This document shows, piece by piece, positions 50,404-59,300 of a stretch of 64,000 nucleotides of DNA (positions are counted from its first letter, which is position 1; every line of letters starts with the position of its first letter). Location of the stretch: contig CBFGQI010000009.1 of NCBI GenBank assembly GCA_965650885.1, positions 185 through 64,184 of the forward strand, written 5' to 3'. The notes beneath the pieces are model-generated. The model was given only the letters and a program-made list of their open reading frames with translations, searched no databases and was not told the origin of the DNA. This DNA is from an uncultured Oxalobacteraceae bacterium (GTDB lineage: Bacteria; Pseudomonadota; Gammaproteobacteria; Burkholderiales; Burkholderiaceae_D). The position numbers and the translations under genes are program-made.

Positions 50404-52470
50404 ATGTCTGATTCCCAAAACACATCTACCCCGGCATCGGAAGTTATCACCTTCCCCAATTCGCCCTACCGCCTGCACCAGCCCTTCCCTCCAGCCGGCG
50501 ACCAGCCCACGGCGATTGATGGCCTGTGCGAGGGGATCGAGGATGGTTTGTCCTTCCAGACCCTGCTGGGCGTGACCGGTTCCGGCAAGACCTACACCAT
50601 GGCCAATGTGATCGCCCGCATGGGGCGCCCGGCCATCGTGTTCGCCCCGAACAAGACGCTGGCGGCGCAGCTGTACTCCGAATTCCGTGAGTTCTTCCCG
50701 GAAAATGCGGTGGAATACTTTGTGTCGTACTACGATTACTACCAGCCGGAAGCCTATGTGCCGCAGCGCGACCTGTTCATTGAAAAGGATTCGTCGATCA
50801 ATGAGCACATCGAGCAGATGCGCCTGTCCTGCACCAAGTCGCTGATGGAGCGGCGCGACGTGGTGATCGTGGCCACGGTGTCGGCGATTTACGGTATCGG
50901 TAACCCGAACGAATACCACCAGATGATCCTGACGCTGCGCGCCAAGGACCGCGTCTCGCAGCGCGACATCATCGCGCGCCTGATCCAGATGCAGTACACG
51001 CGCAATGAGATGGACTTTGGCCGCGGCACCTTCCGCGTGCGTGGCGATACCATCGATATCTTCCCGGCGGAACACGCCGACCTGGCAGTGCGGCTGGAAT
51101 TGTTCGATGACGAGCTGGAAACCATCCAGCTGTTCGACCCGCTGACCGGCAAGGTCAAACAGAAGATCCCGCGCTTCACTGTTTATCCGGGCTCGCACTA
51201 TGTGACGCCGCGCGCCACGGTGCTGCGTGCCATCGAGACCATCAAGGAAGAATTGCGCGAGCGCCTGGAGTTCTTCCGCCGCGAGAACAAGCTGGTGGAA
51301 GAGCAGCGCCTGGAGCAGCGCACGCGCTTCGACCTGGAAATGATGGCGGAAGTAGGCTTCACCAAGGGCATCGAGAACTATTCGCGCCACCTGTCCGGCG
51401 CCAAGCCGGGTGAGCCGCCACCGACCCTGGTCGACTACCTGCCGCGCGATGCGCTGATGTTCCTGGACGAGTCGCACGTGCTGGTGGGACAGCTGTCGGC
51501 CATGTATAACGGCGACCGCTCACGCAAGACCAACCTGGTGGATTATGGTTTCCGCCTGCCTTCCGCACTGGACAACCGGCCGCTGAAGTTTGAGGAGTTC
51601 GAGTCGAAGATGCGGCAGACCATCTTCGTTTCGGCCACGCCGGCCGAATATGAGAAGGCGCATGCCGGCGCCGTGGTCGAGCAAGTGGTGCGCCCGACCG
51701 GCCTGGTCGACCCGCAAGTGATCGTGCGCCCTGCCCGCACCCAGGTCGATGACCTGCTGGGCGAAATCAACGACCGCATCGAGAAGAACGAGCGCGTGCT
51801 GGTCACCACGCTGACCAAGCGCATGGCGGAGCAGCTGACCGAGTACCTGGGCGACCATGGCATCAAGGTGCGTTACCTGCACAGCGACGTCGATACGGTG
51901 GAGCGCGTGGAAATCCTGCGCGACCTGCGCATCGGTACGTTCGATGTGCTGGTGGGGATCAACCTGCTGCGCGAGGGCCTGGACTTGCCGGAAGTGTCGC
52001 TGGTGGCGATCCTGGATGCGGACAAGGAAGGCTTCCTGCGTTCGGAGCGCTCGCTGATCCAGACCATTGGCCGCGCGGCGCGTAACCTGAATGGTGTGGC
52101 GCTGCTTTACGCGGACAATATTACCGATTCGATGAAGCGTGCGATCGATGAGACCGAGCGGCGCCGGGCCAAGCAGATTGCCTATAACGAGAAGATGGGT
52201 ATCGTGCCGCGTGGGGTGAAGAAGATCATCAAGGACATGATCGATGGCGTCTACAGCGCTGCGGCCCGCGAGCAGCTGGAAGTGGCCGAGGAGGCTGCGA
52301 AGTACGAGGCCATGAGCGAGAAGCAGATCAGCAAGGAGATCAAGCGGCTGGAGAAGCTTATGCTCGATCATGCGAAGAATCTGGAGTTCGAGAAGGCGGC
52401 GCAGGTGCGCGATCAGTTGCACCATTTGAAGGAGCAGCTGTTTGGGGCGCCGGGGGCGGATGCGCTTTAG
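50404..52470 (+). CDS. uvrB: Excinuclease ABC subunit B
   Basis: Motifs GVTGSGKT and DESH. C-terminal UVR motif ([12 protein letters not shown]). 688 aa. Confidence 0.97.
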   Translation: MSDSQNTSTPASEVITFPNSPYRLHQPFPPAGDQPTAIDGLCEGIEDGLSFQTLLGVTGSGKTYTMANVIARMGRPAIVFAPNKTLAAQLYSEFREFFPENAVEYFVSYYDYYQPEAYVPQRDLFIEKDSSINEHIEQMRLSCTKSLMERRDVVIVATVSAIYGIGNPNEYHQMILTLRAKDRVSQRDIIARLIQMQYTRNEMDFGRGTFRVRGDTIDIFPAEHADLAVRLELFDDELETIQLFDPLTGKVKQKIPRFTVYPGSHYVTPRATVLRAIETIKEELRERLEFFRRENKLVEEQRLEQRTRFDLEMMAEVGFTKGIENYSRHLSGAKPGEPPPTLVDYLPRDALMFLDESHVLVGQLSAMYNGDRSRKTNLVDYGFRLPSALDNRPLKFEEFESKMRQTIFVSATPAEYEKAHAGAVVEQVVRPTGLVDPQVIVRPARTQVDDLLGEINDRIEKNERVLVTTLTKRMAEQLTEYLGDHGIKVRYLHSDVDTVERVEILRDLRIGTFDVLVGINLLREGLDLPEVSLVAILDADKEGFLRSERSLIQTIGRAARNLNGVALLYADNITDSMKRAIDETERRRAKQIAYNEKMGIVPRGVKKIIKDMIDGVYSAAAREQLEVAEEAAKYEAMSEKQISKEIKRLEKLMLDHAKNLEFEKAAQVRDQLHHLKEQLFGAPGADAL

Positions 52471-52611
52471 AACCGGTAAACCGGTGTCAGACCCAAGGGT
52501 CTGACACCGTCAACGCATCAGCCACGGGTCAAGGTTGGGTGCTTTGCATAACCCGCGGCTTCGAGACCGTTGGGTGTCAGACCCTTCGGGTCTGACCCCG
52601 CCTTACCGGTT
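52471..52611. repeat. MITE/REP-like element with two palindromic GTCAGACCC hairpins and ~24-nt imperfect terminal inverted repeats
   Basis: Hairpins ggtgtcagaccc-aa-gggtctgacacc (52483-52508) and gtcagaccc-ttc-gggtctgac (52576-52596). Ends are AACCGGTAAACCGGTGTCAGACCC and GGGTCTGACCCCGCCTTACCGGTT. It fills the whole uvrB/peroxiredoxin intergenic gap. Confidence 0.5.
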
Positions 52612-52612
52612 T

Positions 52613-53272
52613 TCAGGAAGGCTGCTTGACAATGCGCAGGTAAGGCTTCGGCGCCTTCCAGCCATTCGGGTAGATCGACTTGGCTTCTTCATCGCTGACC
52701 GAGCCGGCGATGATCACATCGTCCCCATCCTTCCAGTTCACCGGCGTCGCCACCTTGTGCTTGGCGGTCAGCTGCATCGAGTCCAGCACACGGAGGATCT
52801 CGTCGAAGTTGCGGCCCGTGGTCATCGGATAGGTCAGCATCAGCTTGATCTTCTTGTCCGGGCCAATGATGAACACCGAACGCACGGTGGCATTGGTGGC
52901 AGCGGTACGGCCGTCGGACGTGCCGGGCTCTTCGGCCGGCAGCATGTTATACAGCTTCGCCACGTTCAGGTCAGTGTCGCCAATCATCGGATATTTCACC
53001 GCAGCACCCTGGGTTTCTTCGATGTCCGCAGCCCACTTGCTGTGGTTTTCGACCGGGTCGATCGACAGGCCGATGATCTTGGTATTGCGCTTGGTGAACT
53101 CAGGCTCGATCTTGGCCATATAGCCCAACTCGGTAGTGCAGACGGGAGTAAAGTCCTTCGGATGCGAGAACAGGACGGCCCACTGGTCGCCAATCCACTC
53201 GTGGAAATCGATAGGGCCCTTGGTGGTCTGGGCTTTGAAATTCGGTGCGGTATCGTTGATGCGCAGGGACAT
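52613..53272 (-). CDS. 1-Cys peroxiredoxin (Prx6-like)
   Basis: Motif LFSHPKDFTPVCTTE. 219 aa from the ATG at 53272, with an AAAGGAG RBS. Confidence 0.9.
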   Translation of the reverse strand: MSLRINDTAPNFKAQTTKGPIDFHEWIGDQWAVLFSHPKDFTPVCTTELGYMAKIEPEFTKRNTKIIGLSIDPVENHSKWAADIEETQGAAVKYPMIGDTDLNVAKLYNMLPAEEPGTSDGRTAATNATVRSVFIIGPDKKIKLMLTYPMTTGRNFDEILRVLDSMQLTAKHKVATPVNWKDGDDVIIAGSVSDEEAKSIYPNGWKAPKPYLRIVKQPS

Positions 53273-53344
53273 GACAGCTCCTTTAATGATTGGCTTGGCG
53301 GGATCAATATCGTGCCATGCCGTCATTATCAAAGCAATACGTTT

Positions 53345-53659
53345 CTAGCTCAGCAAGTCACCAATTGCCGAGATGCCGTCTCCCAGCATGTCGACGATGT
53401 CTGCCCCCGCCCCGATTCCGTCGATGACGTCCATTGGGCTGATCCCGCCGCCATCCGCTGGCTGCGGCGCCTGCCGCGCCAAACGCGCCCGGGCCGCTTC
53501 CAAGCGCGCGTGCCCGGCCTCCCGCTGCGTGATCGCCTCCGGTGCCAACCGCACTTCGGGTGGCAAGTCGGCACCGCAATACAGGCATCGCGCAGCGCTT
53601 CGGTTCAACACGCCACGTGTGCAGACCGCGCATCGGAATTTGGGTTCGATGTCTTTCAT
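53345..53659 (-). CDS. Small zinc-ribbon-like protein with Gly/Asp-rich tail
   Basis: CxxC ... CxxC (FRCAVCTRG...RCLYCGADL). Tail is DVIDGIGAGADIVDMLGDGISAIGDLL. The ATG overlaps the upstream stop as ATGA. Confidence 0.5.
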   Translation of the reverse strand: MKDIEPKFRCAVCTRGVLNRSAARCLYCGADLPPEVRLAPEAITQREAGHARLEAARARLARQAPQPADGGGISPMDVIDGIGAGADIVDMLGDGISAIGDLLS

Positions 53660-53921
53660 CCGGTCGCCTTGCGCATGCCAGCCAGGTCACGGATGACCGG
53701 CCTGCCATATTGCTCCAGCGCGTCAAACATTTCGTTCACCATGGGAGTGATTAACCGCAACGCCTCTTCCTCCGTCAAGCCGCGGTAGTCCACAGGAAGT
53801 CGCGGTTGGACGAGCGCCGCAAGGGGTGCTTGTCGAATTTTTCGTGCCTGAATTCGGGGAAGCGGGCTTTCATCCCCTCGTCCACCAAGGACACAAGTAC
53901 TTTCCTGTAAAGTTTATTCAT
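53656..53921 (-). pseudogene. Frameshifted small gene, paralogous to the C-terminus of the 54540-55278 gene
   Basis: Frame 1 (MNKLYRKVLVSLVDEGMKARFPEF...) stops at 53775. The frame offset by one nucleotide continues VDYRGLTEEEALRLITPMVNEMFDALEQYGRPVIRDLAGM to 53656. The span is 266 nt, not a multiple of 3. Confidence 0.45.
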
Positions 53922-54531
53922 ACCTGTTAGCTGTCATGAAATCCCACACGTGCCCGGTCGCTTCGGTTCCAGGGAATACCGCAACATGATTGCGGAACGC
54001 TTCCATTGTTATCGAGAGGACGCACCCATCCGGATTGGACTTCAGGAATTTCTTCAGTTCCGCGACTGCTCGCCTGTCCATGCCTTTTGTCGGATTGACG
54101 TAATACAGCAGGGTCGGGTTCCGCGCAAGCCAGGAAAACGGGACGGTCTCCCAATTGGAAAAGAAGCACAGCAAGTCGCCATAAGCTGGCATGACTTGCG
54201 GCAGGCCGAGCATGCGCACGATCAGACGGCCGCGATCCGCAAGGAATTCCAACAAGCGCGGCGCAGGCACAAAATCAAGGTCGTGTGCACCATTGGACTC
54301 AACGAGGAATTGTGCTACGTCATGCGAGAGCGGCCGTGCAATATCCCTCTCCAAACCATACAGCCGCATGCTGCCGGCACTTTGCATCGACGTCGCCAGG
54401 CCAGCCAGGCATGCAACTTGTGCACGCAACAAATCGTGACCTGAAAGTCCGGAGTCCACGATCGTTGCGAACATCGAACCTGTCCGCAGGTAGCCGGCAT
54501 GCAGGTCGTCAAGGTATGTCGAATTTGCCAT
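53914..54531 (-). CDS. Hypothetical protein in the Rhs-downstream cassette array
   Basis: Intact 205-aa ORF from the ATG (a GTG alternative lies at 54543). Its stop overlaps the next ATG within TATGAATAA. No recognised domain. Confidence 0.5.
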   Translation of the reverse strand: MANSTYLDDLHAGYLRTGSMFATIVDSGLSGHDLLRAQVACLAGLATSMQSAGSMRLYGLERDIARPLSHDVAQFLVESNGAHDLDFVPAPRLLEFLADRGRLIVRMLGLPQVMPAYGDLLCFFSNWETVPFSWLARNPTLLYYVNPTKGMDRRAVAELKKFLKSNPDGCVLSITMEAFRNHVAVFPGTEATGHVWDFMTANRYE

Positions 54532-54539
54532 TCGTCGTT

Positions 54540-55278
54540 TCACACCTCAGGTGTTGAATGCAAAAACAAGGTTGATCCTCCGCACATGGACTCCGCCAGC
54601 TCACGCATAAAGGGCGCGCCACAGAGCTTGAGGGTATTGAACATATCGTCAACCAGAGGCCGAATGATTTGCTCGGCTTCCGCTTCAGTGAGTCCGCGGT
54701 AGTCATCGAACACATCGATTGGGGTAACCGGTGGTGGAAGCTGGTGGCGTTTGATTTCCCACGACCAGCGATTTCCGCACAATTCTCCCACCGGGATGAA
54801 GGCTTCATCGAGCGCAATGCTCTCACGTGTATATACCGCAAGCGCTGCAAGAAGGAATGCATGGCCGATTCATCATCGGGAAGGTGCACGGGCCGGAAGA
54901 ATGCGCGCGGCAAGTCAGCGATCCCCTGACCGAATACCAGTTGCCCATCACTGCCAAACGTTTCAGTACCCGCCAACATGGGCGGCACCATCTTTGCGGT
55001 ATGCCAGCCTCGCCCAGCGCATGCTTCACACACGCTGCGACCGCATCGTCCGATAATCTGTCCTCCATCACCGCATGCAGGTTCACGGGATGACGATATT
55101 GCATGCCCCAGGCCTGCCCGAGCGGAGCGAGCATCAAGGCAATACGAAAGCCTGCTTCGTCAATGCTGGGGGAGAGCACATGCACACCTCCATCCTTCCT
55201 TAATGAATGCAGTCTGGTCACACCAAGCTGCAGATAGTCACGGAAAAGGATATCTGTGCGAACAACGCTTAACGCCAT
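54540..55278 (-). pseudogene. Degraded cassette gene (at least two frame changes)
   Basis: Protein-like sequence moves between three minus-strand frames. MALSVVRTD...ALGEAG switches near 54990 to KMVPPMLAGTETFGSDGQLVF...HLPDDE. That switches near 54865 to IGHAFLLAALAVYTRES...DYRGLTEAEAEQIIRPLVDDMF. Confidence 0.45.
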
Positions 55279-55332
55279 GAAGTTGCCCCGTCGATGAATT
55301 TGCCGTCCGGCACTCGGCAAAAGGCCACCATA

Positions 55333-55764
55333 CTATTCGGCCTCGCCGTCCTTGACTTCCTCGTACAGGTCTTGTGTTTCTTCTTGCAGCTCTTCCAACG
55401 AATCCGGCTCGTCACCCCCATACGAAATACGTGCGTCGAAGTGCTTGGCCAGCGCCAAGCTGGCGATCATCACGGCCACGCAATCGCGCATGCTTCCGCC
55501 CCAGCTCATCGTAATGCAATAGTCGCGATCTCCTGCCAGGAGCGCAAGCTGTTCGGCATCGTCGATGATCTCGCGCGCGCTCTCGTACTGGAGCTCAAAG
55601 CCGGCGGGCTGTCCAAGAAGAGTACATGGCAGGTAGCCCGAATGTTCCATCGCTTCAAAGGAAGCACTTAGCTGGAAGTCAAAGCCGGTCTGGTCGATTG
55701 CTGCCTGCCAATCAGCCGGAGTAGGTACGCGGCCTTTGGAAATGAATGCGAACTGGTCGTTCAT
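55333..55764 (-). CDS. Hypothetical acidic protein (second immunity-type gene after the Rhs toxin)
   Basis: Intact 143-aa ORF with a highly acidic C-terminus (EELQEETQDLYEEVKDGEAE). Lower GC than the genome background. Confidence 0.5.
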   Translation of the reverse strand: MNDQFAFISKGRVPTPADWQAAIDQTGFDFQLSASFEAMEHSGYLPCTLLGQPAGFELQYESAREIIDDAEQLALLAGDRDYCITMSWGGSMRDCVAVMIASLALAKHFDARISYGGDEPDSLEELQEETQDLYEEVKDGEAE

Positions 55765-55788
55765 ATAGTCTCGCGAAAAGTGCAGCGT

Positions 55789-56304
55789 TTACCAATCTTT
55801 CGGCTCGCGGGCGAACCCGATCTCAATTCCCCGCTTGATTTGCTCGCGCAGTTCGCGATCGGGATAAAACCCTCGGGCACCAAGGTAAGCAAAATAGGCT
55901 TCAGGAGAGTTGATCGACGAGAACCATGGGATCGCGTTCTGATCAATGGCCGAGAGGATCAAATCCAGCGACGCGCAAATTTCTTCGTGTGTTTCAACCT
56001 CGAACACAATTCCCGCCTGCGGACGCTCGGGAAAATCCGCCGACAAGGTGCCTCCGATCAGGCCCAAACGGACGGGAAACTCCTGGAACTGCCCTGTCTC
56101 CTGGTCATCAATCCAAGGACTCAGGATCGTCACGTACACTCGCAAGTGCGCCCCGCCCGCGATTATTTCCGACCAGAGTACATCGTACAGCGGACCACGC
56201 TTTCTCCAGTAATAGAACTTCTTTTCAACAGCGAAGCCCCTGCGCCTCATCTTGTTGTTAAAGCCTCCCTCTGCGACCTTATCAAGTTGCGAAAATGTCG
56301 TCAC
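55789..56304 (-). CDS. Probable cognate immunity protein (DUF4304-like)
   Basis: GTG start 16 nt after the Rhs stop with a GAGGAAAG RBS. N-terminal pattern (..RRRGFAVEKKFYYWRKRG...LRVYVT) resembles the DUF4304 family often found next to polymorphic toxins; family recalled from memory. Confidence 0.55.
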   Translation of the reverse strand: MTTFSQLDKVAEGGFNNKMRRRGFAVEKKFYYWRKRGPLYDVLWSEIIAGGAHLRVYVTILSPWIDDQETGQFQEFPVRLGLIGGTLSADFPERPQAGIVFEVETHEEICASLDLILSAIDQNAIPWFSSINSPEAYFAYLGARGFYPDRELREQIKRGIEIGFAREPKDW

Positions 56305-56320
56305 GAACTTTCCTCTTCAG

Positions 56321-59300
56321 TCATGGAATAGCGACACCGACCGTATAAACGCGTGTCTTGAACCTGCGCTGATATTCCGCGCGCTTCGCGCCCGGCATAC
56401 CCAAATTGCCGATGCCGGATTGTACTCCAGCCCCTGTCTTCAAGTCGAAGGCTACGGCTGGTCGCTTCTTATAGTAAACCAGGACATCGATACGATATGA
56501 ACCCTTTTGTCCATAATATGCACTGCGCCCCCCTGACATACGCGACACTTCTGCAAATACAGAGATGTTGCGAGTGATACTTCCATTTGCCAGCCATTTA
56601 TTCAGCCGCTCGATTTCACGGCTTAAGAACGCGTGTGCCAAGGTTCCTTTCTTCCGCTTTGAGACTTTCTGCCCGGACGTACTATTAATTGCGTCGTCAA
56701 CTGCCCCGATACACGCTTCAAGGACAAGCTCGCCGATCAGGCCGAAATCACCCTTCTTCGGATCGCCGATCAGGAATTTCCGGACCATGTGCTGCATGAT
56801 GGCGGTGGCCGAACTGGACATCGTGCCTTGTATATTGCTGACCGCACTCAGCTCCATGCTGTTCGTTTCGCCACTCGGATCAGTGTTCGCGATCGGATCC
56901 AAAGCAGCGTACACGTAGCGATGCAGCGACAATGGCAAGTCAAGGTCGCCTTCATATGGGTCGACCGATATGAAACGACCTTCCTCGGCGCTGTACCAGC
57001 GTGCACGGTTGTATTGCAGCCCGATATCGGCGTCGAAATACTCATTAGCAAAGCCGTAGCCGCTACTAGACTGCGATGCGCCAGTGCGTTCGCCAAAAGC
57101 GCCAAACTCATGGTTGGATTTAAGCGCACCATTTGAGCCAACAACTTGCCTTACGCTGCCGATGGCATCGGTAAGGAAGTATGTTTGTTGCGCACCTTGG
57201 TCGGCAATGAGCTCATTACTCCAAATATGGCGCAGCACTTCACTTCCGCCTCGGTCCTCTTCCAGTACTTGCGCATAGTCGAACGTGCTATCGACCAGGT
57301 AGTCGGTAACCGCTTCCTCCCCACCGTCAATCGGGACGATTTTTCTAACGCGGTTGCCATCCGCGTCATAGCGGAATAGCGCAACCGTCTTCGCGGCGCC
57401 GGCACTGGCACCCTGCCGGACTTCGATGAGGCGCCCACCCGAATCCCAGTTGAAAAATTGACCGTTCGTGCCGGTGATCTTGCTCAGCAGGTTACCGCGT
57501 GGGTCCCAAACATAAGAAGTTTGCACGGTACTGCCGCTTAGTGTCGAACGCTGCGAAGACAACAGACGGTCATTGACATCGTACATATAGCTAGTGACTT
57601 CGGAGCCGGCTTCGGTCGTTTCTACTTTTTTCAGCCGGTTGCCAACCGTGTCATATGCATAATCGCTAGTGCGAACCGTTGTGCCGTTTCGGGCTGTGAC
57701 GCGCTCTTGGACCAACCGACCAGCGCCATCGTAGGCATATTGCAAGGTGCGCGCAGGAGAGCTCAAGTCATCACCGATCAGGGTGCTGTTTTGGTCATAT
57801 TCCTGGACAGCAGTCCGTTTGCCATTTGCCGACAGCGTATAGCGCACTGCAAACTGTAAGGACCCATCGGCCGCAACATGCGTTATCTGGATAATGCGTC
57901 CGGCTTGATTGTAGGCATAACGTGTAGTCAGCCCGTTCGGCCGTACAAAGGAAGCGACACGCCCTGCGGCGTCGTAGACGTATGAATGCTTGCCGCCAGA
58001 TGGATCGGTGACGGCCAATACGCGACCCGCCGCGTCATTGGTGTATCTCACCGTTGCAGTTTTGGTAGTACGTTCGATCACGTTGCCGTTTGCGTCATAC
58101 GCATAGGCGATATAACTACCGTCGGGATTTTCCTGCCGTACCAACTGATCCTGCTGGTCGTAATGGAAGCTTGTGGTCCCTGAACGTAAACCAGAGTTCC
58201 CGACGTTGGCAACATTGATTGTCAACGGCATGCCGGCAGCCGAATATGTGCGTGCAATCCGCGCGCCGTCGGGTCGGACGGTCAAGATTAGTCGATTGTC
58301 GGCGTCATACGCATGCTGGGTCACTCCTTGGTCAGCATCAATGACTTGACCGAGATTGCCGTGCACGTCGTACGAAAACACACGCCTTTGCCCACCTGGC
58401 GCGACATGAGCGAGAAGGCGACCTTTGGCGTCGTACTCCCAGGTGGTAGTCCGGCCTTCACTGTCGACTTGGGCGACTTTATTCCCCACGCTATCGTATT
58501 CATACGTCGTGGCGAGAGTAGTTTGCCCCACGGTCTGGCGCACTTTTTTGAGGCGCCCCAGTGCATCGTTTTCGTACTCGATACGGCTGCCATCAGCGGC
58601 GACTTCAGCCAACTTCGCCCCGTTCGCTGCCCACGACACTTCCTTCGATTCCCCGGAAGAGGTTGTAACTTTGACTGGCCTGTTAAGGGCATCGTAGGTG
58701 TAGTTAGTTACTTCACCTGCGCCATTGGTAACGGAGATACGGTTACCGGCTGCATCGTAGGCATAAAGGCTGGTCCGTCCCTCTTCATCGGTTTCTTCAA
58801 CGACTTGGCCAGCAGCGTCAAACTTGCTGGTGCTCCGCCGTCCCGCGCCATCGATGTTGGCAACTATCCTACCGGCCGCATCATATTCAGCACCCTCACT
58901 CAAACCGGTTGGATAGGTGGTGCGAACCAGGCGATTCAGCGCGTCATATTCATAGCGGGTGACGCGACCCTGACGGTCAGTCATACTGACGCGGTTTCCT
59001 TCCGCATCGAAGGATTGCGCCTCCCATGTACCGTCGGGGTACGTCTTTTTCACCGGCTTTCCGCGCGCGTCGTACTCAAAGGTAGTACGCCTGCCGGCCG
59101 CATCAATCGATGCCGTCAGCAAACCGCCAGCGTTGTACTCCGCTTTCGTCACGACGGACATAGCGTCTGTGGCTTCAACTACCCGGCCCTCTGCATCGCG
59201 TTTCAGGGCATACCCCTCGATCACAGGGTCGGTCTTTCCGGCCACTTTACGCTGCCATGAACGGCTCAACTCTTTTCCGTTGGCATCAAACGTTGATGTC

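Noticed and set aside
53770-53790. Programmed ribosomal frameshifting in the cassette genes (also near 54865 and 54990)
   Set aside because: No X-XXY-YYZ slippery heptamer or downstream structure is evident at the shift points. Decay or sequencing indels are simpler explanations.
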